A stretch of 64,000 bases of DNA from positions 12,400,001 to 12,464,000 of the forward strand of contig NC_135825.1 of assembly GCF_964213995.1 (NCBI RefSeq). The letters run 5' to 3'. This DNA is from Mustelus asterias (lineage: Eukaryota). The translations under genes and the position numbers were made by a program. This document shows, piece by piece, positions 12,146 to 24,289 of this stretch. The notes beneath the pieces were generated by a model that was not told where the DNA came from, did no database searches, and was given only the letters and a program-made list of their open reading frames with translations. Within the stretch, counting starts at the first letter, position 1. Each line of letters opens with the position of its first letter.

Positions 12146-12680
12146 TGTGATGATAGTAGTGCAATTGATATGGATGTGTGTAACAAGAAATATATTTATA
12201 TTGTTTTTTGCTGTTTAAGGGGAATGCTTAAAAATTCAGCTTCATGCTACATGCAGTCAGTATATTTGGTGGGAATGCAACTCAGATGCTGGGAGAGCAG
12301 GAGAATTATTCAATTTGGATTAGAATGATTGACAGGGTCATGTGATGATGTGGTTTATGAGCAGAGAGAGAGTGCTTCAGCAGAAAGCAGTTTAGTTTGC
12401 AGCTGAAACCTGGTTGAAGTTAGACGGATTTTGCAGGGTCCTGGAACTCTAACTCTCTCTAAATGCGTCAGAACTGTCTATGCTCATGTTAACAAGTATA
12501 TTTATGGTTCATAACTGTATTTAAAGTGGCCATTCATTCTGTAAGAGGAATGCTGTTTATTTGGAACTGAAACAGTGATAAGTTATAAATTAATGTTGTA
12601 TCCTTTTCATTTTTAAATATTGTTCGACTGTGAATAATTAAGTTGCTTGATTTGTTAGAGTTACATTTAAACTGTGTTAT
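12146..12680 (+). mobile_element. Partial LTR, same family as 45816-46604
   Basis: Starts TGTGATGATA; shares GGGAATG.TTAAAA.TTCAGCTT, TGGGAGAGCAGGA.AATTA and GTTAGAGTTA.ATTTAAAC with the reverse complement of 45816-46604. Confidence 0.6.
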
Positions 12681-13214
12681 TTACTAGGATGCTACCGACA
12701 CTTGGTGGTTTGAATTATAAGGAGAGACTGGATAGATGAGACTGTAGGAGGCTTAGGGGTGATCTTATAGAGGTCAATAAAACAATGAGGGGTGCAGATA
12801 GTCAACATCTTTTCCCAAAGGTAGGGGAGCCTAATGTGAGAGGGGAGAGATACATTGGGGTCCAGGAATTCCAACTCTCCAAGTACTTCATCTCCTTTGA
12901 TTTCTAACCTATCCAATATCACAGTATTCCTCCTGGAATACTATATCTGCCTCACCCCTTTCCTTGATAAACACAGGGACCTTTAAAACCTTTCTCACAG
13001 CCTTTGCATCTAGACACAAGTTTCCTTCATCATCTATGCCCTTTTGTGTTAGGCTCCCCTACCTTTGGGAAAAGATGTTGACTATCTGCACCCCTCATTA
13101 TTTTATTGACCTCTATAAGATCACCCCTAAGCCTCCTACAGTCTCGTCTATCCAGTCTCTCCTTATAATTCAAACCACCAAGTGTCGGTAGCATCCAAGT
13201 AAACAACACAGTTT
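12669..13214. repeat. 166-bp inverted repeat (arms 12669-12834 and 13049-13214) containing a CR1 fragment
   Basis: Arms are near-exact reverse complements; ORFs 12692(-) and 12964(+) give nearly the same peptide. Confidence 0.92.
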
Positions 13215-13229
13215 CCTTAACCTTATAAA

Positions 13230-13720
13230 ATTAATACATTGGTGAAACATCTTTGGGTTTTCTTTAATTTTATTTGCTAATCTTTTTTTCATGCCTTCTC
13301 TTTGACTGCCTTGCTTCCTTTTGTACTTGGTCCCTGTACTTCCTATATTTGCCTCGGGACCTGCAGTGCTCAGTTCCGTGTGCCTCTCATACACTTTCTG
13401 TTTGATCTTCCACTGTTTTCTTATAGATCACCAAGGGTGGGGGTGGGGGATGGGGGGGAGGGCGGAATAGATTTGTCATTGCCTCTATTATTTTTGGAGG
13501 GGACATGTCTACTTCGTACATTTAGGATCTCGATATAGTGTTTCCATTGAGTTGTCCTCTGGCAGTGCTGTCTACCCCAGCCAAGTCCCCTCGCATTCCA
13601 GCAAAATTTGCCTTCTCCCAGTTCAAAACTTGAACTCCTGCTTTATCTCTGTCCTCTTCCATCGTAATGCTAAACCGAGCTGAATTGTGATTAATGTCCC
13701 CGATATGGTGGCCAATTGTC
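13230..13720 (-). mobile_element. Old CR1 ORF2 fragment
   Basis: LANKIKENPKMF; HIGDINHNSARFSITME..LNWEKANF. Confidence 0.75.
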
Positions 13721-13759
13721 ACTTCACCCACATGTCCTTCTTCATTCCCTGCTTTCCCC

Positions 13760-14445
13760 AGCATAAATTGGATCCTCTGTCAAACACCGCCCCCTGGCAT
13801 CTGCCCCCACAGGCCCTGCTTTGGCACCTGGCCCATTGGCCCAGACGAGGTCAAAACCCTGACTCCTACATGGGCCCGGGCGCCAGTGTGCAGTCGGAGA
13901 ACAGGTAGGGGGTCAGGCTTGTGTGGCACCAGGGGCAAGATCACAGTGTGCCTTCCAGCAAGTCCTCATTACACTCCAGCCTTGATCAAAGACACGCTAC
14001 CAGTTGCAGCCCAGGCCCATTATCCGGTTGTGATGTGACTTGGGACCAGGGGTCGGGGTGGGGGTGGGTGGGGGGGGGGGGGGTGGAACAGGGTGGGGTG
14101 AAAGAGGGTGGGGGAGGGGAATGGTGATGTGGGGTGAAAGAGGCTGGTGGAGGGGGGGGGTTGAGGGTGCAGTTTGGGGGTGGTGTCTCCTGGGATGTGG
14201 TGGGAGGGTGGTGGTAGCAGCCGCCACACTGCACAGCAACAACTCGGTGAATGGTGCTGCATTAAAGTATCCCTTGCTGCCCTGCCCTGCCGGACCCTCG
14301 CCATCGCCGCCTGTCCTCCATCCTCCGGCTCCTCGTACAGCATCTCCTTCACATCCTGCAGGTGGCGATCCTCCTCCTCGATCTCCTCCTCCGGGTGCTC
14401 TCCCCGCTGCTGCGTGATATTGTGCTGAATGCAGCATACAATTAC
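13760..14445 (-). mobile_element. PIF/Harbinger transposase 3' fragment
   Basis: VIVCCIQHNITQQRG-acidic-ARVRQGRAARDTLMQHH matches the Harbinger DDE transposase C-terminal pattern (ACCVLHN...RD.LI). Confidence 0.7.
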
Positions 14446-14448
14446 CCA

Positions 14449-15420
14449 CCGCGATTCTCCCAAAAACGTTCCAAGTGTTGAATTCGTGGAAAAGCTGGTG
14501 TAAATCACACTGGTTTCTTCAGTGCGACTTCAGACTCGAATCTCCCACGGTCTGTGCAGCGCAGACATCACAATCGGGAATATCATTAAAACCTCGGGGG
14601 TGCGGGGCCTATTCGTGCCGCTGGGCTGACAGTTCTGGGGCTCTGCGCATGCGCATTGGCCCCTACCTGTCAGGCTGCAGCTTGCTGGCCAGCTCAATCA
14701 CTGGCCAGCCCGGGACCCTCCCAGCTCTGCCCCTCCAGCGCCCCCTGTCCATTCGCAAGCCAACCCCCGTCCTGTCCCGGACTGCCTGATCTCCAGCTCC
14801 TCCCCCCCAGCAGTGACAATTCCCCCAAACCCCCCGATAGATCCCCCCCATTGGCAGCACCTCCCCCGGGAGGCAGACCCCACCCCCGAAAAAGACCCTC
14901 CGGCTGACCACACCCCCCAGCCCACCCCAATCGCTGGCCTCCCTCCTGCCCCCATCGAGGGCAATGGCAGAGTGGCAGCAAGAACCGGCACCCCCACCGA
15001 TCGCCCCATAGACCCCGCCCTTCTAGGCCTTTCCCCCATAGCATTGCCCCATAATCGGCAGTGCCAAGGTGCCCCCTGGGCATGGGCACTTTGCTCCATG
15101 GGCAGTGCTGGGGGCACAGGCTGGCCATGCCCAGGGAGCACAACCTCCCGACGCCCGACTCCCTGCGGGGGCCCCCTTCACTGCAGCGGGGTCGTCCCGC
15201 TTGTTCCCCGAAGGTGGGGAGCTAGTTTGAATCCCGCTGGAGTGAAATGCTACTGACGGGGTGGGAGATGCTCGCGGGCCTGGAGAATTCAATCCCAGGG
15301 CCGCCAATCAGATTTAAATTACATTAAAAATAGATTTAATCACTGACCTGGTGTTCCCGCCGGTTTCTAGCGCAGCTCCCTGCCTGCTGTGGCAATGTGG
15401 CCACGGCAGGCAGGGGGAGC
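14449..15420 (+). mobile_element. Non-autonomous GC-rich DNA transposon, same family as 24290-25445
   Basis: Collinear similarity to the reverse complement of 24290-25445 (e.g. TGTTCCCCG..GTGGGGAG, GATGCT.GCGGGC.TGG.GAATT). Confidence 0.55.
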
Positions 15421-15693
15421 ATACAGGTTGGTGTGCGGGTGTGGCCATTGCGCATCCTTGAACCAATGCCATGGGCGCTACAACAGCATTCCCTTCCAGC
15501 CATGTGCTGCAGGTCAGGCACACGGGGCAGGGACAGACTCCTGATTATCACAAGATGGGTTCCTATTCACTGCAGAGTACAGGCAGTGTGAGCGCCTGTG
15601 TTAACATGAGCGCCCCTGCTCGGAGCACCAGCTACCTGAATTGATGAACCCTCAAGCAGCACACGGTGCCCTTCCCGCCACGCCGACCTAAAC

Positions 15694-16035
15694 CCCAGCA
15701 CTCAGAGCAGTCCCTCACCACACCCCACAGCCAGGACAATGGAACATCCCTGTGCCTGGAAACAGCAGCTCCCCCGCCCATCCAGCACTTAGTAATGTCA
15801 ACGGAGACAACAATGGAACATTCCAGGGACCGGAGACGGCACCTCCAGCACTCAGTAAATTTCCCCACTCCAACCCACCAAGATGACATTGGAACATTCC
15901 TGTGCCTGGGGAAACAGCAGCCACTCCCCCCGAGCACTCAGTAAAGTCCACCACCCACCCGAGAGAGACAACAATGGCACATCCCTGGGACTGGAGACAG
16001 CATCTCCAGCACTCAATGAACTTCCCCACCCCACC
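15694..16035. repeat. Degenerate tandem repeat of alternating ~65-88 bp units (CCAGCACTCAG...ACAATGGAACAT...)
   Basis: Five recurrences of (C)AGCACT(C/T)A and four of A(A/T)TGG(A/C)ACAT; probably internal to a transposon. Confidence 0.7.
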
Positions 16036-16864
16036 CAGAAATTTTCCAGCCCCTGCCTCTAACCCTCCCCTGCACTCCAGGGGGGCTGCAGCTCCATCAC
16101 ACTTACCTCCTTGCTCCTCAGTCCAAAAATGTGCAAAAACGGTGCACTGGCTGTGCTAAATTCTCCCTCAGTGTACCCGAACAGGCGCTGGAATGTGGCG
16201 GCTAGGGGATTTTCACAGTAACTTCATTGCAGTGTGAAGCAAGCCTACTTGTGACTGAGGAATAAACTTTAGCTTCACATCAGCACTTTCACACCAGGTC
16301 CCGAGTTCTTGAGAGCAGTTGTAAACCCAGTTTGATGTCACGCCGGAGAGGGGGGAGACGCTAGCGGGGGTGGAGAATTTAATGACGGACTCACTAATTA
16401 TATGCAAAGTTATGGTAATGCATGTAAATTGCTGCCACGCTGATTTTCAGCACGGATCCGTTTGTGTTGAAAAACGTCGGCTGGGAGACGCGCAGAGGCC
16501 CGGCTGCCCAGCGAGAAGCCCACGGAAGGGCTAATGTCTCCCGGACTGATGTGCTACACGAGCAGCGGGATGGGATAATCGCACCCCCCCGCCCGCCCCC
16601 CCCCCCACCCCCGCCCCCCCCCCCCCCCCACCCCCGCCCCACCACCCCACCCCCGCCCCACTCTTGATATTTCAGTCCCCAAAAACATTGTCTGAATTTC
16701 TCCTGTTTTCACAACTTGGAATATTTTTAGTCTGATCACCCCCATATAATGTGATAAATTTCTATATGAAGGATCACTTTCAGGCGGAATTTAACTCATT
16801 ACAATGTCTGTGTTTGAATGAAGCAATTATTCCCTGTTCGATTCCTGAAATGTTGTCTCCTCAG

Positions 16865-17170
16865 GTGCATTGTGGGCAGAAAGGAAAGTGAGAGGAATTG
16901 TGGGAAGTGCGATCACAATCGATTGTCACTATGATGTGTGGTACCGGTCGCACGTGAAATATTGGTGTCGTGGCTGGACTCGCCAATGTGATGTTGTAGC
17001 AGCGACAAATCGGCAAAATGGCAGAATATCAATCACAGAAAACAAGACACAAGGGGTATTTGTTGTCACTATGAAAGATCTTCGCTCAGGAGATGCAGGA
17101 TGGTACAGCTGTGGAATTGAAGAACTTGGTCTCAATCCAATATATAATGTAAAACTACAAATATCTAATG
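16865..17170 (+). CDS. Gene A exon V2: CD300/pIgR-type Ig V domain
   Basis: cctcag|GT acceptor, AAT G|gtatgt donor, 306 nt, open frame, four conserved Cys. Confidence 0.92.
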
Positions 17171-18965
17171 GTATGTTATTCTCAGTGATTATCTTTACTA
17201 TTTGAGAAAGGTCCAATGAATGAAGGTTTTGTGGATCCACACTTCTGTGGTGAAACCCGACCTGGTTGTCCGCCAGGGCCTCCCACGAAACCTCCAGTCC
17301 ACGCTCCTCAAAGGAAGTCAGGAGACGCAGCTCAGGAACCCCACCTCCGGTCTTCTCCTGCTCGAGGCGATTATGGGCCGACTTCTCCTGCGGGGACTAA
17401 AGTGGGGATTGAAAGGCTGATGGCCGGAAGGGCGCAGGGTGTCGCGGGAGTTCGGGCAATCGGGTGGCGTATATCGGGACCGTGCCTCAGAAGGCAGGAG
17501 TTGGAATGAGGGGGATGGCGGTGCCAGAGATTTTGGAGGCTGGTGTTAGGGGTTCGGGTGATGGAAGGCCATGGGATGGAGTGCGTCGACATGGACATTC
17601 CAGGTGCGACAGAGGGCACTGATGGCAGGACAGGATGGACACTCACCCTTGCTGCCTGAAGGAGGTCATTCATTTCTTTTCCCCACTGGGCCATGTTCCT
17701 TCACTGCCACTGCCGCCGCCTCCCAGGCTGCATTGCCGGCCCAACCCCTGGGCCGCTGACCATCTTGAGGGAAGAATCTCGTCCTTCTCTCCTACATGGC
17801 ATCCAGCTGGTGTCTCAGCTCTCCCTCGGTGAAGTGTGGAGCTGCCCCTCATGGTGCCAGCTTCCCCTCGCGACTGACTGTGAGTCCATCGTTAGAGCTT
17901 GAATTCAGCTCCCCCTTGTTAACGGCACACAGCTGTGGCCACTCTGGGTGAGTCACGTATCTGGAGGCTCCATAATGACCTGATTCACATGGAGGCTCTT
18001 TCATTGCACTTTATTTAAAGAGAGAAGGGAATCCTTTAATTGCTTATTCATTGTCTTGAACTGTACAAAGCGATGGGCAGTAGTTGGAGATTTACTTATG
18101 TCCCTATAACGAGACAGAGGCCTTCCATGCCCGGTGGACACCACAGGGGTTCAACTGTTTTATTGACCCCGTTCACCACATGTCATTTTGATGTTTTATG
18201 CCTCCTTTGAGATGTTATTCGAGTCAATATCTCTTTAAGAGGTTAATTAGTTTCGATTTGATTTGATTTATTATTGTCACATGTATTAGTATACAGTGAA
18301 AAGTATTGTTTCTTGCGAGCTACAAAGACAAAGCATACCGTTCATAGAGAAGGAATGGAGAGAGTGCAGAATGTAGTGTTACAGTCATAGCTAGGGCTTA
18401 GAGAAAGATCAACCTAATGTGAGGTCGGTCCATTCAAAAGTCTGATGGCAGCAGGGAGTTATCCCTCAACTTGTTGATTTAGATTTATTTGTTACCCCGA
18501 AATACAACACTGAGATACAGGGCGAGATTTTCCACTCATCCCACACATTCTCTCCCCACCTTCCAGTGTCAGGGTGGGAGCGTTCCAGCTCACCCTCAGA
18601 GAACTGGAACCAATCAAAGAACAATGAAATAGCATTGAAGCTCATTCTTCAGAGACGTTGCCCGGTCCGGATCAGGGTCAGGCAGCTGTGGGATTTTCAA
18701 GGATAAAGTAAACTCACCCGGGCTTGCCCCTCGCTGTCTCCATTCTCAGATCAGCAACTCCCACCTCAGCCAAGTGAGACCCTCCAGCACCAGGACCCCA
18801 CCCACTCTACCTGATTGGATGATGAGCTCAGTCTCCAGCCTTTAATTGGCTGGCGCATTGGAGATAGCAATGGGCATTCCTAAAGTGTGACGTGCGGTGT
18901 CTGGACCCAGACTATCTCCCGTGTCCCGTTCCCAAACCCTGATTACACATCCACCCCTTGGAGAT

Positions 18966-21900
18966 AGAACATAGAAATTACAGCGCAGTACAGGCCCTTT
19001 GGCCCTCGATGTTGCGCCGACCATTGGAACCAATCTAAAGCCCATCTAACCTCCACTATTCCAACATCATCCATATGTTTATCCAATGACCATTTAAATG
19101 CCCTTCATGTTGGCGAGTCCACTACTGCTGCAGGCAGGGCATTCCACGCCCTTACTACTCTCTGAGTAAAGAACCTACCTCTGACATCTGTCCTATATCT
19201 ATCACCCCTCAATTTAAAGCTATGTCCCCTTGTGCTAGCTATCACCATCCGAGGAAAAAGGCTCTCACTATCCACCTTATCTAATCCTCTGATCATCTTG
19301 TATGCCTCCATTAAGTCACCTCTTAACCTTCTTCTCTCTAACGAAAACAACCTCAAGTCCTTCAGCCTTTCCTCATAAGACCTTCCCACCATACCAGGCA
19401 ACATTCTGGTAAATCTCCTCAGCACCCTTTCCAACGCTTCCACATCCTTCCTATAATGCGGCGACCAGAACTGTACATAATACTCCAAGTGCGGCCGCAC
19501 CAGAGTTTTGTACAGCTGCAACATGACCTCCTGGCTCCGAAACTCAATCCCTCTACCAATAAAAGCTAACACTCCGTACGCCTTCTTAACGACCCTATCA
19601 ACCTGGGTGCCAACTTTCAGGGATCTATGCACATGGACACCGAGATCTCTCTGTTCATCCACACTACCAAGTATCTGTTCATCCACACTACCAAGTATCT
19701 TACCATTAGCCCAGTACTCTGTAATCCTGTTACTCCTTCCAAAGTGAACACTTTTCCGCATTGAACTCCATTTGCCACCTCTCAGCCCAGCTCTGCAGCT
19801 TATCTACAATAACCTTCCACACTGTCCACAACTCCACCGACTTTAGTGCCATCTGCAAATTTACTAACCCATCCTTCTACGCCCTCATCCAGGTCATTTA
19901 TAAAAATGACAAACAGCAGTGGCCCCAAAACAGATCCTTGTGGTACACCACTAGTAACTGAACTCTAGGATGAACATTTCCCATCAACCACCACCCTCTG
20001 TCTTCTTACAGCTAGCTAATTCCTGATTCAAACTGCTAAATCACCCTCAATCCCATGCGTCCGTATTTTCTGCAATAGCTTACCGTAGGGAACCTTATCA
20101 AATGCTTTACTGAAATCCATATACACCACATCAACTGCTTTACCCTCATCCACCTCTTTGGTCACCTTCTCAAAGAACTCAATAAGGTTTGTGAGGCACG
20201 ATCTACCCTTCACAAAGCCGTGTTGACTATCCCTAATCAAATTATTCCTTTCTAGGTGATTATAAATCCTATCTCTTATAATCCTTTCCAAAACTTTGCC
20301 CATAACAGAAGTAAGGCTCACTGGTCTATAATTACCAGGGTTGTCTCTACTCCCTTTCCTGAACAAGGGGACAACATTTGCTATCCTCCAATCACCTGGC
20401 ACTATTCCTGTAGACAATGACGACATAAAGATCAAAGGCTCTGCAATCTCCTCCCTAGCCTCCCAGAGAATCCTAGGATAAATCCCAAGCAGCCCAGGGG
20501 ACTTATCTATTTTCACACTTTCCAGAATTGCTAACATCTCCTTCTTATTAACCTCAATCCCGTCTAGTCCAATTGCCTGTATCTCAGTATTCTCCTCGAC
20601 AACATTGTCTTTTTCCAGCGTGAATACTGACGAAAAATATTCATTTACTGCCTCTCCTATCTCTTCAGACTCCACGCACAACTTCCTACTACTGTCCTTG
20701 ACTGGCCCTAATCTTACCCTAGTCATTCTTTTATTCCTGACATACCTATAGAAATCTTTAGGGTTTTCCTTGATCCTACCTGCCAAAGACTTCTCGTGTC
20801 CCCTCCTGGCTCTTCTTAACTCTCTCTTTAAGTCCTTCCTGGCTAACTTGTAACTCTCAAGCACCCTAACTGAGCCTTCACGTCTCCTCTTTACATAAGT
20901 CTCCTTCTTCCTCTTCACAAGAGATTCAGCTTCTTTAGTAAACCACGGTTCCCTCGCTCGACCATTATCTCCCTGCCTGACAGGTACCTACTTATCAGGG
21001 ACACGCAGTAGCTGTTCCTTGAACAAGCTCCACATTTCAATTGTGCCCATCCCCTGCAGTTTCCTTCCCCAACCCATGCATCCTAAATCTTGTCTAATCG
21101 CATCATAATTTCCTTTCCCCCAGCTATAACTCTTGCCCTTCTGTATATACCTATTCCTTTCCATCGCTAAAGTAAACGTAACCGAATTGTGGTCACTATC
21201 ACCAAAGTGCTCACCTACCTCCAAATCTAACACCTGGTCTGGTTCATTACCCAGTACCAAATCCAATGTGGCCTCGCCTCTTGTTGGCCTATCTACATAT
21301 TGTGTCAGGAAACCCTCCTGCACACATTGGACAAAAACTGACCCATCTAAAGTACTCGAACTATAACTTTTCCAGTCAATATTTGCAAAGTTAAAGTCCC
21401 GCATAACAACTACCCTGTTACTTTCACTCCTATCCAGAATCATCTTTGCAATCCTTTCCTCTCCAACTCTAGAACTTTTCGGAGGCCTATAGAAAACTCC
21501 CAACAGGGTGACCTCTCCTTTCCTGTTTCTAACCTCAGCCCATACTACCTCAGTAGACGAGTCCTCATCAAACGTCCTTTCTGCCACCGTAATACTGTCC
21601 TTGATTAACAATGCCACATCTCCACCTCTTTTACCACCTTCCCTGCTCTTACTGAAACATCTAAACCCTGGAACCTGCAACAACCATTCCTGTCCCTGCT
21701 CTATCCATGTCTCCGAGATGGCCACAACATCGAAGTCCCGGGTACCAACCTATGCTGCAAGTCCACCCACCTTATTCCGGATGCTCCTGGCGTTGAAGTA
21801 TACACACTTCAAACCACTTTCCTGCCTGCCAGTACACTCCTGCGATGTTGAAACCTTATCCATGACCTCACTACTCTCAACCTCCTGTACACTGGATCTA

Positions 21901-23066
21901 CAATTCAGGTTCCCATCTCCCTGCTGAATTAGTTTAAACCCTCCCGAAGAGCATTAGCAAATTTCCCCCCCAGGATATTGGTACCCCTCTGGTTCAGGTG
22001 GACTCGCCAACATTAAGGGCATTTAAATGGTCATTGGATAAACATATGGATGATATTGGAATGGTGGAGGTTAGATGGGCTTTAGATTGGTTCCACTGGT
22101 CGGCGCAACATCGAGGGCCGAAGGGCCTGTACTGCGCTGTAATTTCTATGTTCTATCTCCAAGGGGTGGATGTGTAATCAGGGTTTGGGAACGGGACACG
22201 GGAGATAGTCTGGGTCCAGACACCGCACGTCACACTTTAGGAATGCCCATTGTAGACCATCCCGTTTGTAGAGGTCCCACCTACCCCAGAATGAGCCCCA
22301 ATTGTCCAGGTATCTGAATCCCTCCCTCCTGCACCATCCCTGTAGCCACGTGTTCAACTGCTCTCTCTCCCTATTCCTCTCCTCACTATCACGTGGCACG
22401 GGTAACAAACCAGAGATAACAACTCTGTTTGTTCCAGCCCTAAGCTTCCACCCTTACTCCCTGAATTTCTGCCTTACATCCTTTTCCTACCTATGTCTTG
22501 GGTGCCTATGTGAACCACGACTTGGGGCTGGTCCCCCTCCCCCTTAAGGATCCCGAAAACACGATCCGAGACAACACAGACCCCGACACCTGGGAGGCAA
22601 CACACCAACCGTGAGTCCCTCTCATTCCCACTGAATCTCCTATCTATCCCCCTAACTATGGAGTCCCCAAGAACTAATGTTCTACTCCTCTCCCCCTTCC
22701 CTTCTGAGCAACAAGGACAGACTCTGTGCCAGAGACCTGTACCCCATGGCTTACCCCTGTTAAGTCATCCCCACCAACAGTATCTAAAACGGAATACTTG
22801 TTATACAGAGGAACAGGGGATCCAGGGGATCGCTGCTCTGACTGCTTCTTACCCCATCTAGCCGTCACTTAAGTGTCATCATTTCTAGGAGTAGCTACCT
22901 CCCTGTAGCTTCTATCTATAGCTGCCTCTGCCTCCTGAATGATCCTGAGTTCATCCAGTCCCAGCTCCAGATCCCTAACACGGTCTTCAAGGAGCTGGGA
23001 TTGGGTGCACTTCCTGCAGGTGCACTCAGCCGAGACACTGGTGTCCCTCACCTCAAACATCCCACA
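18966..23066 (-). mobile_element. Near full-length degenerate CR1 LINE (ORF1 zinc finger/esterase, APE endonuclease, RT) in the V2-C2 intron
   Basis: ORFs 22869-23123 (CGMFEVR..CRKC), 20988-21725 (ISETW..YRPP..SDH), 20028-20918 (NYRPVSLTS, YMDFSKAFD) and 19105-19761. GGAGAT on both sides; absent from the paralogous intron at about 11140. Confidence 0.95.
22001..22250 (+). repeat. 250-bp inverted copy of 18870-19119 inserted into CR1 ORF1
   Basis: Reverse complement of the CR1 3' end plus host flank; interrupts caggtg|tagacc with 2-3 bp microhomologies. Confidence 0.92.
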
Positions 23067-23181
23067 GGAGATGTCAGAATCCAACATGGCGACCCCTGGC
23101 TGAGACACTGAAGGGAAAAACAAGAGGTATTTGATGTTTGGGTGTTCATCCAGTATCTAAACAATTGTTTCCTTCCAACAG

Positions 23182-23477
23182 AACCTGTCTCTGTTCCTGT
23201 GCTCCGATTTTTGACACCACTTTATGTCTCACTTCCTGGGGGCTCAGTGTCCGTCTCCTGTGAGTCTGTCCAGGGATCACTTCCCATTCAGTACACATGG
23301 TATGAAAAGGCCCCGTCTGAAGATTCAAAGATCTCTGACACCAATAAACTGGATCTACATTGTCAATCCTTCACACGGCAACATCATCAATATTACTGCA
23401 CAGCCTCAAATAACCAGGGAGAAAAATCCAGAATCACCGCCGCCCCTCCCCCTTTGATGTTTAAGTCCCTGTGGTAA
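23182..23477 (+). CDS. Gene A exon C2': truncated C2-type Ig exon reading into a solo LTR (pseudo-exon or secretory terminal exon)
   Basis: Intact acceptor ccaacag|AA. Homology to C1 ends at 23431 (QGEKS), the splice donor is lost, and the frame continues RITAAPPPLMFKSLW to TAA 23475-23477. Confidence 0.7.
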
Positions 23478-23705
23478 ATCACTGTTAGCTTATTACCTGT
23501 ATATGTGACATGCCTGGACACATCCCTGCCGGCCCTACCCGAGACTCCTCCCCCCCCCCGGTCCAGGTATAAAGGCGACTGCTCCCCACCCCCCTGCCTC
23601 AGTCTGGACCAGTTCATCGGCATGGGTGTGCTCCAAGTCTTTTGCTAATAAAAGCTTATTTGTTCTTGCATACAAACTAGTCTTTGCTCGATTGATGGTG
23701 CATCA
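23455..23705 (+). mobile_element. Solo LTR (251 bp)
   Basis: TGATG...CATCA inverted termini, TATAAA 23568-23573, AATAAA 23647-23652; no clear TSD. Confidence 0.8.
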
Positions 23706-23895
23706 GTCCCCAAAAGAACGGTGTGGATTTCTACTGTTTTCACGATTTCAAATTTCTTTGGTCAGATCACCCCCATATAATGTGATGATTTTCTATATGA
23801 AGGATCACTTTCAGGAGGAATTTAACTCATTAGAATGTCTGTGTTTGAATGAAGCAGTTATTCCCTGTTCAATTCCTGAAATGTTGTCTCCTCAG

Positions 23896-24201
23896 GTGCA
23901 TTGTGGGCAGAAAGGGAAGTGAGAGGAATTGTGGGAAGATCGATCACAATCGATTGTCACTATGGTGCAGAGTACCGGTCAAACGTGAAATATTGGTGTC
24001 GCGGCTGGACTCGCCAATGTGATGTTGTAGCAACAACAAATCGGCAAAATGGCAGAATATCAATCACAGAAAACAAGACACAAGGGGTATTTGTTGTCAC
24101 TATGAAGGATCTTCGCTCAGGAGATGCAGGATGGTACAGCTGTGGAATTGAAGAACTTGGTCTCAATCCAATGTATCACGTAAAACTACAAATCTCTAAC
24201 G
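23896..24201 (+). CDS. Gene A exon V3: CD300/pIgR-type Ig V domain
   Basis: cctcag|GT acceptor, AAC G|gtacat donor, 306 nt, open frame. Confidence 0.92.
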
Positions 24202-24289
24202 GTACATTTCTCAGTGATTGTCTTTATTACTCTCGACTGAAATGTCAGATCAATGGCTCGAATTATACATATAAAGATGGGGGGGTGGG

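Noticed and set aside
13920-16750. Many Pro/Gly-rich ORFs (also 24429-25456 and 36250-37210)
   Set aside because: GC-rich low-complexity transposon interiors; no splice or domain support except the Harbinger fragment.
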